A stretch of DNA of 40,992 nt from Oligoflexia bacterium (GCA_043732305.1 JAYTHU010000038.1:1-40992), one strand, 5' to 3'. Counted from the stretch's first letter, positions 9,793 through 18,182 are shown. A program made the numbers and translations. The notes: generated by a model not told the origin, from the letters alone.

Positions 9793-10483
9793 AGTAAAAG
9801 GTTTCATTGTCAGGGTCGTTCGTACTCAAGAAGCAGACGTCATAGTTAAAATCCTCACTGCTCAAGGCGAAAAAATATCTGCTTATGCCAGATCCGCACT
9901 CAAAAGCCGTAAGCGTTTTGAGGGAGGGTTGACTGCTCTCACGCAGATTGAATTTCGAGCGCATAAGAAAACCAATCAGGAAATTTTCATTTTAGAAGAT
10001 GCCAAAGTCACATATGAGTTCCTGAATCTTCCTTCATCGATCGAGGCTCTCACCATGGCAAGTTACTTCGCCGAACTATCAGAAAGCTGCGCTCATGAAG
10101 GACTTGAAAATGAAAATTTATACAATCTTCTCGGCGCTTCACTGAAAATCTTAGATAATGGGAAATCACCTTGGCTAGTGGCACCAGTCTTTGAAGTGAA
10201 ATTGCTTTCACTTATGGGATGGCTTCCTGATTTCTCCGAAATGGATGAAAAGTCTGCGACTATTTTACGCCATATTTTATCTCAACGAGTGAGTGACTTC
10301 ACTCTCACTCCAACCGAAGCCCAAAGCGTCGATCCGGTTTTAAAAAGCCTGGTGCGTGCGCACTTGGGCGAAGGGAAAATAAAGTCTTTAGATTTTTTTA
10401 AGGGGCTTCGTAGATTTCAAGAACAACAAATGATGTCGCACCCAAAACACCAGTCCCACAATGATCACAAAACCGATAAGTAA
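9779..10483 (+). CDS. recO: DNA repair protein RecO
   Basis: N-terminal OB fold EADVIVKILT..GEKISA.ARSALKSRKRF.G.L, then YFAEL and FEVKLL..MGWLP. Confidence 0.88.
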   Translation: MQELKVKGFIVRVVRTQEADVIVKILTAQGEKISAYARSALKSRKRFEGGLTALTQIEFRAHKKTNQEIFILEDAKVTYEFLNLPSSIEALTMASYFAELSESCAHEGLENENLYNLLGASLKILDNGKSPWLVAPVFEVKLLSLMGWLPDFSEMDEKSATILRHILSQRVSDFTLTPTEAQSVDPVLKSLVRAHLGEGKIKSLDFFKGLRRFQEQQMMSHPKHQSHNDHKTDK

Positions 10484-11026
10484 ATCTGCCTTGTGAAAAT
10501 AGTCACGCAATGAATTCCAGTGACTGCCCATTTTCATTCCCAAGTAAGCCAATCCAAAACAAAACGGGAATGATCCCAGAAAACTATAAATCGAAAATTT
10601 CCAGAAATTCATTCGCGCCATGCCTGCAGGCAGAGCAATAAAAGTTCTCACCACGGGGAGCAGTCTTCCTGTGAAGGCAATGATCTCACCGTGTTTTGCA
10701 AAAAGCTTTTCCGCCGTGTCCACGTCTGAGGGATTAAGCAGAATGTATCTTCCATATTTATTAACGAAAGGTCGGCCGCCGTAATAGCCAGCAGCATACG
10801 CAATCCACCCTCCGAGCAAGCAACCCACGCTACCCGCAAGGGCCGCTCCCCAGATATTGAAAATTCCTTGAGAAGCCAAGTATCCTGAAAAGGGCATGAT
10901 GACTTCTGATGGCAGTGGTATACACGCGCTCTCGATCGCCATTAATAAAACGATTCCGGCGTATCCCCAACTTTGTTGAAGATCAATCATCCACTGACCG
11001 AGAATTTCCAATAAGTGATGGATCAT
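10388..11026 (-). CDS. dedA: DedA family membrane protein
   Basis: IESACIPLPSEVIMPFSG, GRLLPVVRTFIALPAG and M.FWKF motifs. Confidence 0.92.
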   Translation of the reverse strand: MIHHLLEILGQWMIDLQQSWGYAGIVLLMAIESACIPLPSEVIMPFSGYLASQGIFNIWGAALAGSVGCLLGGWIAYAAGYYGGRPFVNKYGRYILLNPSDVDTAEKLFAKHGEIIAFTGRLLPVVRTFIALPAGMARMNFWKFSIYSFLGSFPFCFGLAYLGMKMGSHWNSLRDYFHKADLLIGFVIIVGLVFWVRHHLLFLKSTKPLKKI

Positions 11027-11568
11027 CGGACGGGCTCTTTTCTTTGAAGGCCCAAAATAATTCGAGCCGCATCTAACATCTCACTAGCAACCACTAAGGT
11101 TTCAGAAATTTCAAACTTTGGAGTTGTTGAATTTTGCAGGAGAATACTTTTGCATCCGGCACGCAATCCAGCGTCAACATCGGTCATACGGTCTCCGACC
11201 ATCCACGACTGTTTCAAATCAATTTGATGTTTTTCTGCTGCATCCAGCAGCATCCCAGGATTTGGTTTTCGGTTGGCGTGATTGCTGTCGACAGATTCTG
11301 CACAGTAATAAACATCTAAAATTTCGGCACCATTTTTCCTGAAATCGTCCACAATGATCTGGTTGATCTGCTTCAAAATAGGTTCTTGCACTATTCCACG
11401 GGCTACGCCACTTTGGTTGGTGACAAGAATTATCACATAACCCGCTTGATTGAGAAGCTTGATAGCTTCGTAGGATTCAGTGAAGACATCTATTGCGGCA
11501 GGATCGTTCAAATACACCATGTCTCGGATGATGGTGCCGTCACGATCCAAAAAAACTGCTTTTTTCAT
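11023..11568 (-). CDS. gmhB: D-glycero-D-manno-heptose 1,7-bisphosphate phosphatase (HAD IIIA)
   Basis: AVFLDRDGT, VTNQSG, RKPNPGM and WMVGDR.TD. Start moved to the ATG at 11568, after AAGGAG. Confidence 0.88.
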   Translation of the reverse strand: MKKAVFLDRDGTIIRDMVYLNDPAAIDVFTESYEAIKLLNQAGYVIILVTNQSGVARGIVQEPILKQINQIIVDDFRKNGAEILDVYYCAESVDSNHANRKPNPGMLLDAAEKHQIDLKQSWMVGDRMTDVDAGLRAGCKSILLQNSTTPKFEISETLVVASEMLDAARIILGLQRKEPVR

Positions 11569-11624
11569 ATTGCTCCTTCGTTGCCAGTAAAATAAAAGAT
11601 AAATCAAGAAAGTCGAGGATTTGT

Positions 11625-13355
11625 TTGAAAGATCTTAAAAGATTAGCTCCCTACCTGAAAAGATACCAAGGCATCATTGCGTTCACTCTAGTTTTAGGTG
11701 TGATTCTCGGAGGCATCACTCTCGGTACTGCCCAAATGGTGAAAATCATTATCGACGAAGTTTTCACCAAACACAATGCTAAGGTTCTTCGAACGGCTCC
11801 ATTGATGATTGTTGGAATTTATTTTGTGGGCGGAATCATTCGATTTTTCCACATGTACTATCTCCGCTACACTGGTGAGAAAATTGGTTTTGATATTCGG
11901 CAGGATCTTCAGTCGCATTACGCCCAGATGAGCCTTGATTTTCACGCTGCAAATTCTCCCGGAGCGCTTTTAAGTAAAACTATCAATGACGTTATTTCTG
12001 TTCAGCTGGGACTTTCGCTACTTGCCGATGTCGTTCGTGAGCCTCTCAGTGCGATTGCTATGCTCATCTATCTTTTTTATATCGACTGGAAACTGACGCT
12101 GATCACGTTTATCGCTGCGCCCATTTTGATTCTGGCTTCTAGAAGTTTAGGCCGGAGTGTTCGTAAATACAGTCAGATGCAACAGGAGATTTGGGAAAAT
12201 GTGACTCTTGTTCTAAAAGAAACTCTCGACGGCATCAGAGTTGTCAAAGCATTTGGTCTTGAACTTCACATGCGCGGCAAGTTCGATAAAGTGATCAATC
12301 AAATGCTGGCCATTCGAAGACAGATTCTCAAACGAGAAGAAGTCTCTGGACCACTATTTGAACTGCTCGCGGCGATAACTTTTTCTGGGATTCTTTATTT
12401 CGCTGGTTATCAAGCTGTGACTAATCACACCACAATCGGTGGATTTATGTCTTTCGTTTTTGTGCTTGGCTCCCTTCAAGGACCAATTAAAAAACTACAA
12501 GATGCCCATGTGAGATTGCAGCACACAGTTGCTGCCTCCAAACGAATTTTCGAAATCCTAGATGCTCCAGTCACGATTAAAAATCCTGAGGAGCGTGGCG
12601 CAGTTGCAAAGAAATGGACAGATGACTGGAAAACTATTCAGTTCAAAAACGTCAGATTTAGCTATGGTTCCAAGGAAGTTCTCAAAGGTTTAGATCTCAC
12701 TATCAATCGCGGCGAAGTTGTGGCGATTGTAGGCTCGAGTGGTGGCGGGAAAACAACTTTAGTTAATCTCATTCCTAGGTTTTATGATGTGACTTCCGGC
12801 CAAGTTCTCATTGGAAACACTGATGTCAGAGATTTCCGCATTGATGAGCTCCGACAGCACGTCGGGCTTGTCACTCAAGACGTGTTCTTGTTTAATGAAA
12901 CAATCAGAGAAAATATTATGGCCGGCGATATTGCGGATCCCGCAACTAAGGTCGCAAAAATTGATGAGGCTTTGCTTGCGGCTAACGCAGGTTTCGTGAA
13001 AAAGATGAAGGATCAAGATCTGTCTATTGTTGGTGACAGAGGAACTTTGTTATCAGGTGGGGAGCGCCAGCGAATTAGTATCGCGCGCGCAGTCTATAGA
13101 AACACTCCAATTCTAATTTTAGATGAAGCCACCAGTTCACTCGATTCAGAGAGCGAAAAGATTGTTCAAGATGCATTAGAGAGATTGATGGTAGGTAGAA
13201 CTACTTTTGTCATCGCACATAGGCTTTCTACGATTCAAAAAGCGGATAGAATTATAGTCTTGGCAGACGGAAAAGTTGTGGAAGAGGGACGTCATACCCA
13301 ACTTTTAGAAAAGCAGGGCGCGTACTTCAATTTCCATCGCCATCAATTCGGCTGA
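11625..13355 (+). CDS. msbA: MsbA-like lipid A export ABC transporter (TMD+NBD)
   Basis: Six-TM domain followed by Walker A GSSGGGKTT, LSGGERQR, ILDEATS and IAHRLST. Divergent from gmhB. TTG start after GAGGA. Confidence 0.82.
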   Translation: MKDLKRLAPYLKRYQGIIAFTLVLGVILGGITLGTAQMVKIIIDEVFTKHNAKVLRTAPLMIVGIYFVGGIIRFFHMYYLRYTGEKIGFDIRQDLQSHYAQMSLDFHAANSPGALLSKTINDVISVQLGLSLLADVVREPLSAIAMLIYLFYIDWKLTLITFIAAPILILASRSLGRSVRKYSQMQQEIWENVTLVLKETLDGIRVVKAFGLELHMRGKFDKVINQMLAIRRQILKREEVSGPLFELLAAITFSGILYFAGYQAVTNHTTIGGFMSFVFVLGSLQGPIKKLQDAHVRLQHTVAASKRIFEILDAPVTIKNPEERGAVAKKWTDDWKTIQFKNVRFSYGSKEVLKGLDLTINRGEVVAIVGSSGGGKTTLVNLIPRFYDVTSGQVLIGNTDVRDFRIDELRQHVGLVTQDVFLFNETIRENIMAGDIADPATKVAKIDEALLAANAGFVKKMKDQDLSIVGDRGTLLSGGERQRISIARAVYRNTPILILDEATSSLDSESEKIVQDALERLMVGRTTFVIAHRLSTIQKADRIIVLADGKVVEEGRHTQLLEKQGAYFNFHRHQFG

Positions 13356-14299
13356 GCAGATTGAATAGTGATTGGCGCCATCTGCAAGATGGCCACTTGT
13401 TCTAATAAGTTGTCAATGCCAGGCGCGATAAACTGTAATGTCATTTTGTAATCCGATAATTTAGGCGCGGTATTCTGACTTGCTATGGGCAAGTAGATAA
13501 ACGCTTTTCCAACGTGATTGTAATCTTGATCAGTGAGTTCGAAACTTAGAAAATCCGAGCTCCCAGCTTTCAATTTTTCTTGGTCGACTCGGATCTGCAC
13601 GCGGAAATCTGTCTTGATAACGCTGCCATCTTTCTGAAAGAAATTTCTGCTTTGATAGAGGGACACTGGAAATGGAACGTTGCTGTAGTTCTCTGGATGT
13701 TCAATCAGTTTGTTGTAAGCTTTTTCGGTCTCAGCCTTCTGAGTATCGGTCATCACATCACGAGTGACCAAGCGAGCTTTCAAATCACAATTCAAATTGA
13801 AGCGGTGAGTTTCCACTAATTTTGCACTTTGCTCCTCGTAACAGTTGGGAGTTGATTGCGAGTACACTTTACCCGCATCAGAAATTTTCGCTGCGGTTTT
13901 GTTGGCGATTGCAAAAAGCAAATTGTTGGGAATGGAATCAATCACGCTATTTGTGGAAACTCGATTTTTAATATTAGGAGTGTAGTTAGTAATAACAATC
14001 CCTTCCATGCGCACGGTATTGTCACTGTTGTTTCCCAACATACTATTCAATATTTTGATGCTTGCTACTATCTGGGAGTTCAGCAAAGCCATAGTATCCA
14101 TACCCGTTGTCTGAGACACGGGATCAATTCCTGAGGTACTCTGATTGCCTTTGTCGTCTTCATTAATAAAAGGACTGTCCATGGGAACGATGATCGCAGG
14201 TCCGTTCATGCTGGACTGAACCGCGTGGGCCGTGGATTTGTCTCCTCTGCAGGAAACTAAAGTTGATAGAATTAAAAGCGATAACAATAAACGTGTCAT
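13343..14299 (-). CDS. Hypothetical lipoprotein
   Basis: 318 aa with a signal peptide and lipobox LVSC (Cys17). GAGGA SD. No recognised domain. Confidence 0.8.
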   Translation of the reverse strand: MTRLLLSLLILSTLVSCRGDKSTAHAVQSSMNGPAIIVPMDSPFINEDDKGNQSTSGIDPVSQTTGMDTMALLNSQIVASIKILNSMLGNNSDNTVRMEGIVITNYTPNIKNRVSTNSVIDSIPNNLLFAIANKTAAKISDAGKVYSQSTPNCYEEQSAKLVETHRFNLNCDLKARLVTRDVMTDTQKAETEKAYNKLIEHPENYSNVPFPVSLYQSRNFFQKDGSVIKTDFRVQIRVDQEKLKAGSSDFLSFELTDQDYNHVGKAFIYLPIASQNTAPKLSDYKMTLQFIAPGIDNLLEQVAILQMAPITIQSAQPN

Positions 14300-14326
14300 A
14301 AAAATTCTTCCTCGATTGGTACGTAG

Positions 14327-14342
14327 AGCAAGCGGTGTACCA
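14327..14342 (-). promoter_or_regulatory. sigma54 (-24/-12) promoter of the lipoprotein gene
   Basis: Minus strand TGGTACACCGCTTGCT (GG-N10-GC), about 27 nt upstream of the ATG. Confidence 0.7.
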
Positions 14343-14445
14343 AGATCAGTCGAAGGTTAAAACGATTATGGGGAAGTTTAACCATAGGTAAAGTGACGCT
14401 CTTGAGCCTTCGCACTTTCTTTTTTACTATTTGAAATGACTCAGT

Positions 14446-15297
14446 TTATTTATTTTTGAGAGGATGTTTTTCTTCAAGCGTTCGCGCGAGTTTATCGGTT
14501 GTTATGTGAGTGTAGCGTTCGGTTGTCTGAAGACTCGCATGACCGAGAAGCTCTTGGATGGCCCGAAGGCTAGCTCCGCCTTCTAGTAGGTGACTCGCGT
14601 AAGAGTGCCGGAGCATATGAGGATGAAGGGGGCGTTCGAGTCCAACCATAGCCCCCATCTTCACCACTTGGCGGTGAAGAGTACGTACCGTCAGGCTTTG
14701 CCCGTTATCGTTTGGGAAAATAAAACTGTCGGAATCGTATGCTTTCAGCAATTTTAATGCTTGTGGAAGCAAAGGCACTTGCCTAAATTTTCCGCCTTTT
14801 CCCAACACTTCAATCACTCCATCTGAGAAATTGACTTTTTCTATATGAGCTGAGGCCGCTTCCGCGACGCGAAGGCCTGAACCATACAGAAGCAGAAATA
14901 GAATTTTTAGTTGAGCTGCATCTTGCAGACCCTTCCAAAGAGTCATAGCTTCATCGGCTGACAGAAAAGACGGGAGTTTGCGGGGTACAGTTACAGATCC
15001 AATAATTTTTGAGTAGTCACTTTGGGCGCCCCCATTGAGATGGGCCCATCTTAAGAAAGTTCTCAAGGAAGCCAGCTTGCGTCCCCGGGTAGAAGGTTCA
15101 TAGATGGAAAGATTGCCCACAAGTTGGTAGGAATTCCCGTTTTCCCCGAAGATTTCTTCAATTGAAGCTTTGGGACATGTCTCAAAAAAGTGCCGGAGAT
15201 CTCCTTCATATGCTCTAACTGTTTCAAATGACTCATGTTTTAGCTCTAATTCTTGAGTAAAATCGTAAATCATTGAAGTTATTGGTCTATTAATCAT
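14446..15297 (-). CDS. xerC: Tyrosine recombinase, XerC-like
   Basis: LYGSGLR, GKGGK.R, HPHMLRHSYASHLL and LRAIQELLGHASL.TT.RY: a complete catalytic set with XerC-type signature. Confidence 0.8.
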   Translation of the reverse strand: MINRPITSMIYDFTQELELKHESFETVRAYEGDLRHFFETCPKASIEEIFGENGNSYQLVGNLSIYEPSTRGRKLASLRTFLRWAHLNGGAQSDYSKIIGSVTVPRKLPSFLSADEAMTLWKGLQDAAQLKILFLLLYGSGLRVAEAASAHIEKVNFSDGVIEVLGKGGKFRQVPLLPQALKLLKAYDSDSFIFPNDNGQSLTVRTLHRQVVKMGAMVGLERPLHPHMLRHSYASHLLEGGASLRAIQELLGHASLQTTERYTHITTDKLARTLEEKHPLKNK

Positions 15298-15476
15298 AAT
15301 GTAATTTTAAACCAATCTGTTAATGCATTGCAAAATTTTCCTTGTATATCCTACCCGGATATAGTAAATATTCTAAGCGTTCTATCCGGACTAACGGCTA
15401 GGAGCAATGGGTTGTGGTCCCCATAGAAGAAGTTGACCATTAATTTTTTCGTACTGAAAGTCGCGAGGTTGTACGT

Positions 15477-16556
15477 ATGAGCGATTCCCAAAACCCCATC
15501 ATCCTTCCCACACAAAACATCACAAGTGGGCCAGCAACAAAGAGCGGTAATCAAATGATTTACCGTTCTGAGTCTATGAACCAACTCGTTAAAATGATTG
15601 AACGAGTGTCCCCATCCCAAGCTACTGTTCTTATTCTAGGTGAAAGTGGAACCGGAAAGGAATTAGTTGCTAAGCAGATTCATGAAAAGAGTCCGCGCAA
15701 GAACAAGCCTTTTGTCGCAATCAACTGCGGTGCTCTCCGTGAAACACTTTTAGAAAGTGAACTTTTCGGACACGAAAAGGGATCATTTACTGGTGCTTAT
15801 ACCCGTAAAATCGGTCTAGCAGAGATCGCTAACGGCGGAACATTGTTTTTGGACGAAATCGGTGAGCTCACTCCCGGTATCCAGTCCAAGCTGTTGAGAT
15901 TTTTGCAAGAAGGTGAAATTTATCGCGTTGGCGGTAAAGATCCCATTCGCGTCGACGTTCGCGTTGTTTCGGCAACTAATCGCGATTTGGAAACAGAAGT
16001 TTCTAAGAGCATTTTCCGCGAAGACTTATTCTATCGAATCAACACGATCACTATTAACACTCCAGCGCTTCGTCGTCGTAAAGATGATATCCCTGCGTTG
16101 ATTGAATATTTCTTGGGACAAGGCAAGCATGGTTATCTCGAGCGCGGTCGCCAGATGAGCCCCGATGCTATGAAATTAATGATTGCTTACTCATGGCCCG
16201 GAAACATTCGCGAACTTCAAAATGTTTGCGAGCGTTTACAGATTTTGGCTGAAGGTCATACCATCATGGTGGACGATCTCCCTGATCAAATTCGCCAACC
16301 TCAAGCGAAGACCTTCAATTCTGATTACGATCCTGATGTCACTTTGTATGAAGTTGAGAAGAGTCACATCTTGAAAGCTTTGAATTATTTCAAAGGCAAC
16401 AAGACTAAGGCTGCTCACTCATTGGGCATCACCATCAAAACTCTGTATAATAAACTTCACATGTACGGTGAGTTTGAAAATTACTCAGTTCACACAAAGC
16501 CAGATCTTGGCGATATGTCTGACAATTCGCCCTCGAGCGATGCGCCAGTGATGTAA
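15477..16556 (+). CDS. sigma54-dependent enhancer-binding protein without an N-terminal regulatory domain
   Basis: GESGTGKE, SELFGHEKGSFTGA, FLDEIG, FREDLFYR, WPGNIRELQN and a Fis-type HTH. Only about 27 aa precede the AAA+ domain. Confidence 0.92.
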   Translation: MSDSQNPIILPTQNITSGPATKSGNQMIYRSESMNQLVKMIERVSPSQATVLILGESGTGKELVAKQIHEKSPRKNKPFVAINCGALRETLLESELFGHEKGSFTGAYTRKIGLAEIANGGTLFLDEIGELTPGIQSKLLRFLQEGEIYRVGGKDPIRVDVRVVSATNRDLETEVSKSIFREDLFYRINTITINTPALRRRKDDIPALIEYFLGQGKHGYLERGRQMSPDAMKLMIAYSWPGNIRELQNVCERLQILAEGHTIMVDDLPDQIRQPQAKTFNSDYDPDVTLYEVEKSHILKALNYFKGNKTKAAHSLGITIKTLYNKLHMYGEFENYSVHTKPDLGDMSDNSPSSDAPVM

Positions 16557-16580
16557 CATAAATTTCGTAAATTGAAATTG

Positions 16581-16613
16581 AAAAAGCCTTGGAGAAATCC
16601 AAGGCTTTTTTTT
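16581..16613. terminator. Bidirectional intrinsic terminator
   Basis: AAAAAGCCTTGGA-gaaa-TCCAAGGCTTTTTTTT between convergent genes. Confidence 0.9.
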
Positions 16614-16638
16614 ATTCTTCTTTTGATTCGCTACAAAT

Positions 16639-16668
16639 AAAAAAGCCCACGGTCTCCCGGGGCTTTTT
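16639..16668. terminator. Second intrinsic terminator
   Basis: AAAAAAGCCCacGG-tctc-CCGGGGCTTTTT just downstream of the 16696-17244 gene. Confidence 0.75.
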
Positions 16669-16695
16669 CTAAATACGAAAAATTAATCGGTCAGA

Positions 16696-17244
16696 CTAGA
16701 AATAGCCTTCGTCGTCTCCAGCTTCTTCTTCTTCTTCTTCCTCGTCATCGTCGTCATCATCATCGTCACTAGTTTTTGCTTTGCCAGTTCCGAAATCGTC
16801 GTCTTCTTCTTCGTCTTCGAAGGTTTCGAATTCGCCTTCTTCAGTTCCGAAGTCGTCTTTTTCAGTTTCTTCGGAATTGGTTTCATCACTCTCACCAGCC
16901 ACATGTTCCATCGCATCTTCAGAAGCCAATCCACCAACAATTGCGCCAGCACCAAATGCGGCGGCGGCTTTGCCCATAGACTTTTTGGGGGCTGCGGCTT
17001 TTTTAGGCTTGGCGCCCCCGGACTTGGCGCCCCCGGACTTGGCCGCGCCGGAAGCTGCAGTTTTCTTTGCGGCTTTCGGAGCAGTTTTAGCTACTACTTT
17101 TTTAACGGCTTTTTTAGGCTTGGTGCCCCCGGAAGCCGCTTTTTTAGTCATTTTTTTAGCCGGTGATTTCTTGGCCGCTTTTTTCGGAGCTGCTTTTATT
17201 GCCGGTTTCTTCGATGTTTTTTTATTCATTTTCTTTTGTGCCAT
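16696..17244 (-). CDS. Low-complexity protein: histone H1-like Lys/Ala/Pro N-half, short hydrophobic linker, Asp/Glu-rich C-half
   Basis: 182 aa with a GAGGAG SD and its own terminators. Composition read directly from the translation. Confidence 0.85.
   Translation of the reverse strand: MAQKKMNKKTSKKPAIKAAPKKAAKKSPAKKMTKKAASGGTKPKKAVKKVVAKTAPKAAKKTAASGAAKSGGAKSGGAKPKKAAAPKKSMGKAAAAFGAGAIVGGLASEDAMEHVAGESDETNSEETEKDDFGTEEGEFETFEDEEEDDDFGTGKAKTSDDDDDDDDEEEEEEEAGDDEGYF
17008..17052. repeat. 15-bp coding tandem repeat (two exact copies, one degenerate)
   Basis: CTTGGCGCCCCCGGA x2 then CTTGGCCGCGCCGGA, encoding SG(G/A)AK. A related copy lies near 17119-17133. Confidence 0.85.
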
Positions 17245-17394
17245 AATTTTCTCCTCAAAAGGACTCTAATATCCAGGATCAGTCTGATTATGGGAAGACT
17301 CGCCTGCATTCTGCAAATAAAAAATGCATGGCTCAATAAAATATCCTGGCAAAGAACTTCAAGAGGTTTGACGCAATATGTTGTGGGGGGAAGG

Positions 17395-18132
17395 TTAGTT
17401 TGTGGTGCCACCATAGAGAGTGTCGATAACTCTGGCGATACTTTGAGGGAAAACCACGCTCATGTACACGCCGCCGGCGAAGTTTGTTTGTTGAGGAATA
17501 GTCGCAAAATAGCCCATCACGGTTGTCTTCTCAGGATTTTCAAGAGGGAATGTGAGGCTTAGACGGGGATCAAATCCAGGAGTAGGGACAAAAACAGCTA
17601 AGTATTGAAGTGTTCCGTAGACATACATCAGGCTTTTGCCATTATTAAAAACTTGCGCAGAAAACTTAGGAGCAGATCCGCCGGGCACGGAAGGAAGAGC
17701 GTCTCCACTTGGCAATGTGATTGGGCCTTGAAGATTTAAATCTCGAACAAAATGATTCATTGGAATTCCAAAAACCAATGTTTGAGTAATTCCGGTGGAT
17801 TGAATGCTCAAGGTTGCTCCATCTAGATTTGGAATTTTGTAAGTCAACCCCGAAGGTAAAATCGCAACAGGCAAAGAGAAATTCACGTAGAGCATGTTTG
17901 TAAGAGTGTTGATGGTGAACGATTGAAGGCCAAAACTACTGCTAGCAGATCCCTTAGTGGGAACTCCTGACCAGATATTTGCGTTCACATTGCCGGAGCC
18001 TGTCGACTGACTTGAAGATCCCGAAGACGTGAGGGAGCTTGAGCCAAGCGATCCTCCACAAGCGGTGAGAAAATTCACCGAAAAAATCACCAAAGAAAGA
18101 ACAATTAACTTTTTTGAAAAATCGAAAATCAT
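17395..18132 (-). CDS. Hypothetical lipoprotein with Ser-rich tether and predicted beta-rich body
   Basis: Start moved to the ATG at 18132, after AAGGAGG. Lipobox LTAC (Cys25) followed by an S/G-rich linker. Confidence 0.82.
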   Translation of the reverse strand: MIFDFSKKLIVLSLVIFSVNFLTACGGSLGSSSLTSSGSSSQSTGSGNVNANIWSGVPTKGSASSSFGLQSFTINTLTNMLYVNFSLPVAILPSGLTYKIPNLDGATLSIQSTGITQTLVFGIPMNHFVRDLNLQGPITLPSGDALPSVPGGSAPKFSAQVFNNGKSLMYVYGTLQYLAVFVPTPGFDPRLSLTFPLENPEKTTVMGYFATIPQQTNFAGGVYMSVVFPQSIARVIDTLYGGTTN

Positions 18133-18155
18133 GATACGCCCCTCCTTACATAAAC

Positions 18156-18182
18156 TTCTCGGAATATTCATTCTAGACTTTG
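18156..18182 (-). promoter_or_regulatory. Putative sigma28 (FliA) promoter
   Basis: Minus strand CAAA-N15-TCCGAGAA, compared with the consensus TAAA-N15-GCCGATAA. Confidence 0.5.

Noticed and set aside
14446..15297. Tyrosine recombinase as a phage integrase or integron
   Set aside because: It has an XerC-type signature, no integron-integrase insertion, and no attC repeats, att duplication or phage genes nearby.
16890..16990. Resemblance of KKSMGKAAAAFGAGAIVGGL to the prion-protein hydrophobic core
   Set aside because: A short Ala/Gly low-complexity match that is probably coincidental and is no evidence of homology.
17008..17052. Tandem repeat as a CRISPR array
   Set aside because: The units are 15-bp, in-frame and coding, with no spacers and no cas genes.
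16781..17269. 162-aa plus-strand Ser/Ala/Phe-rich ORF and other overlapping frames
   Set aside because: It is the antisense of the low-complexity gene. The minus-strand ORF has the SD and terminators.
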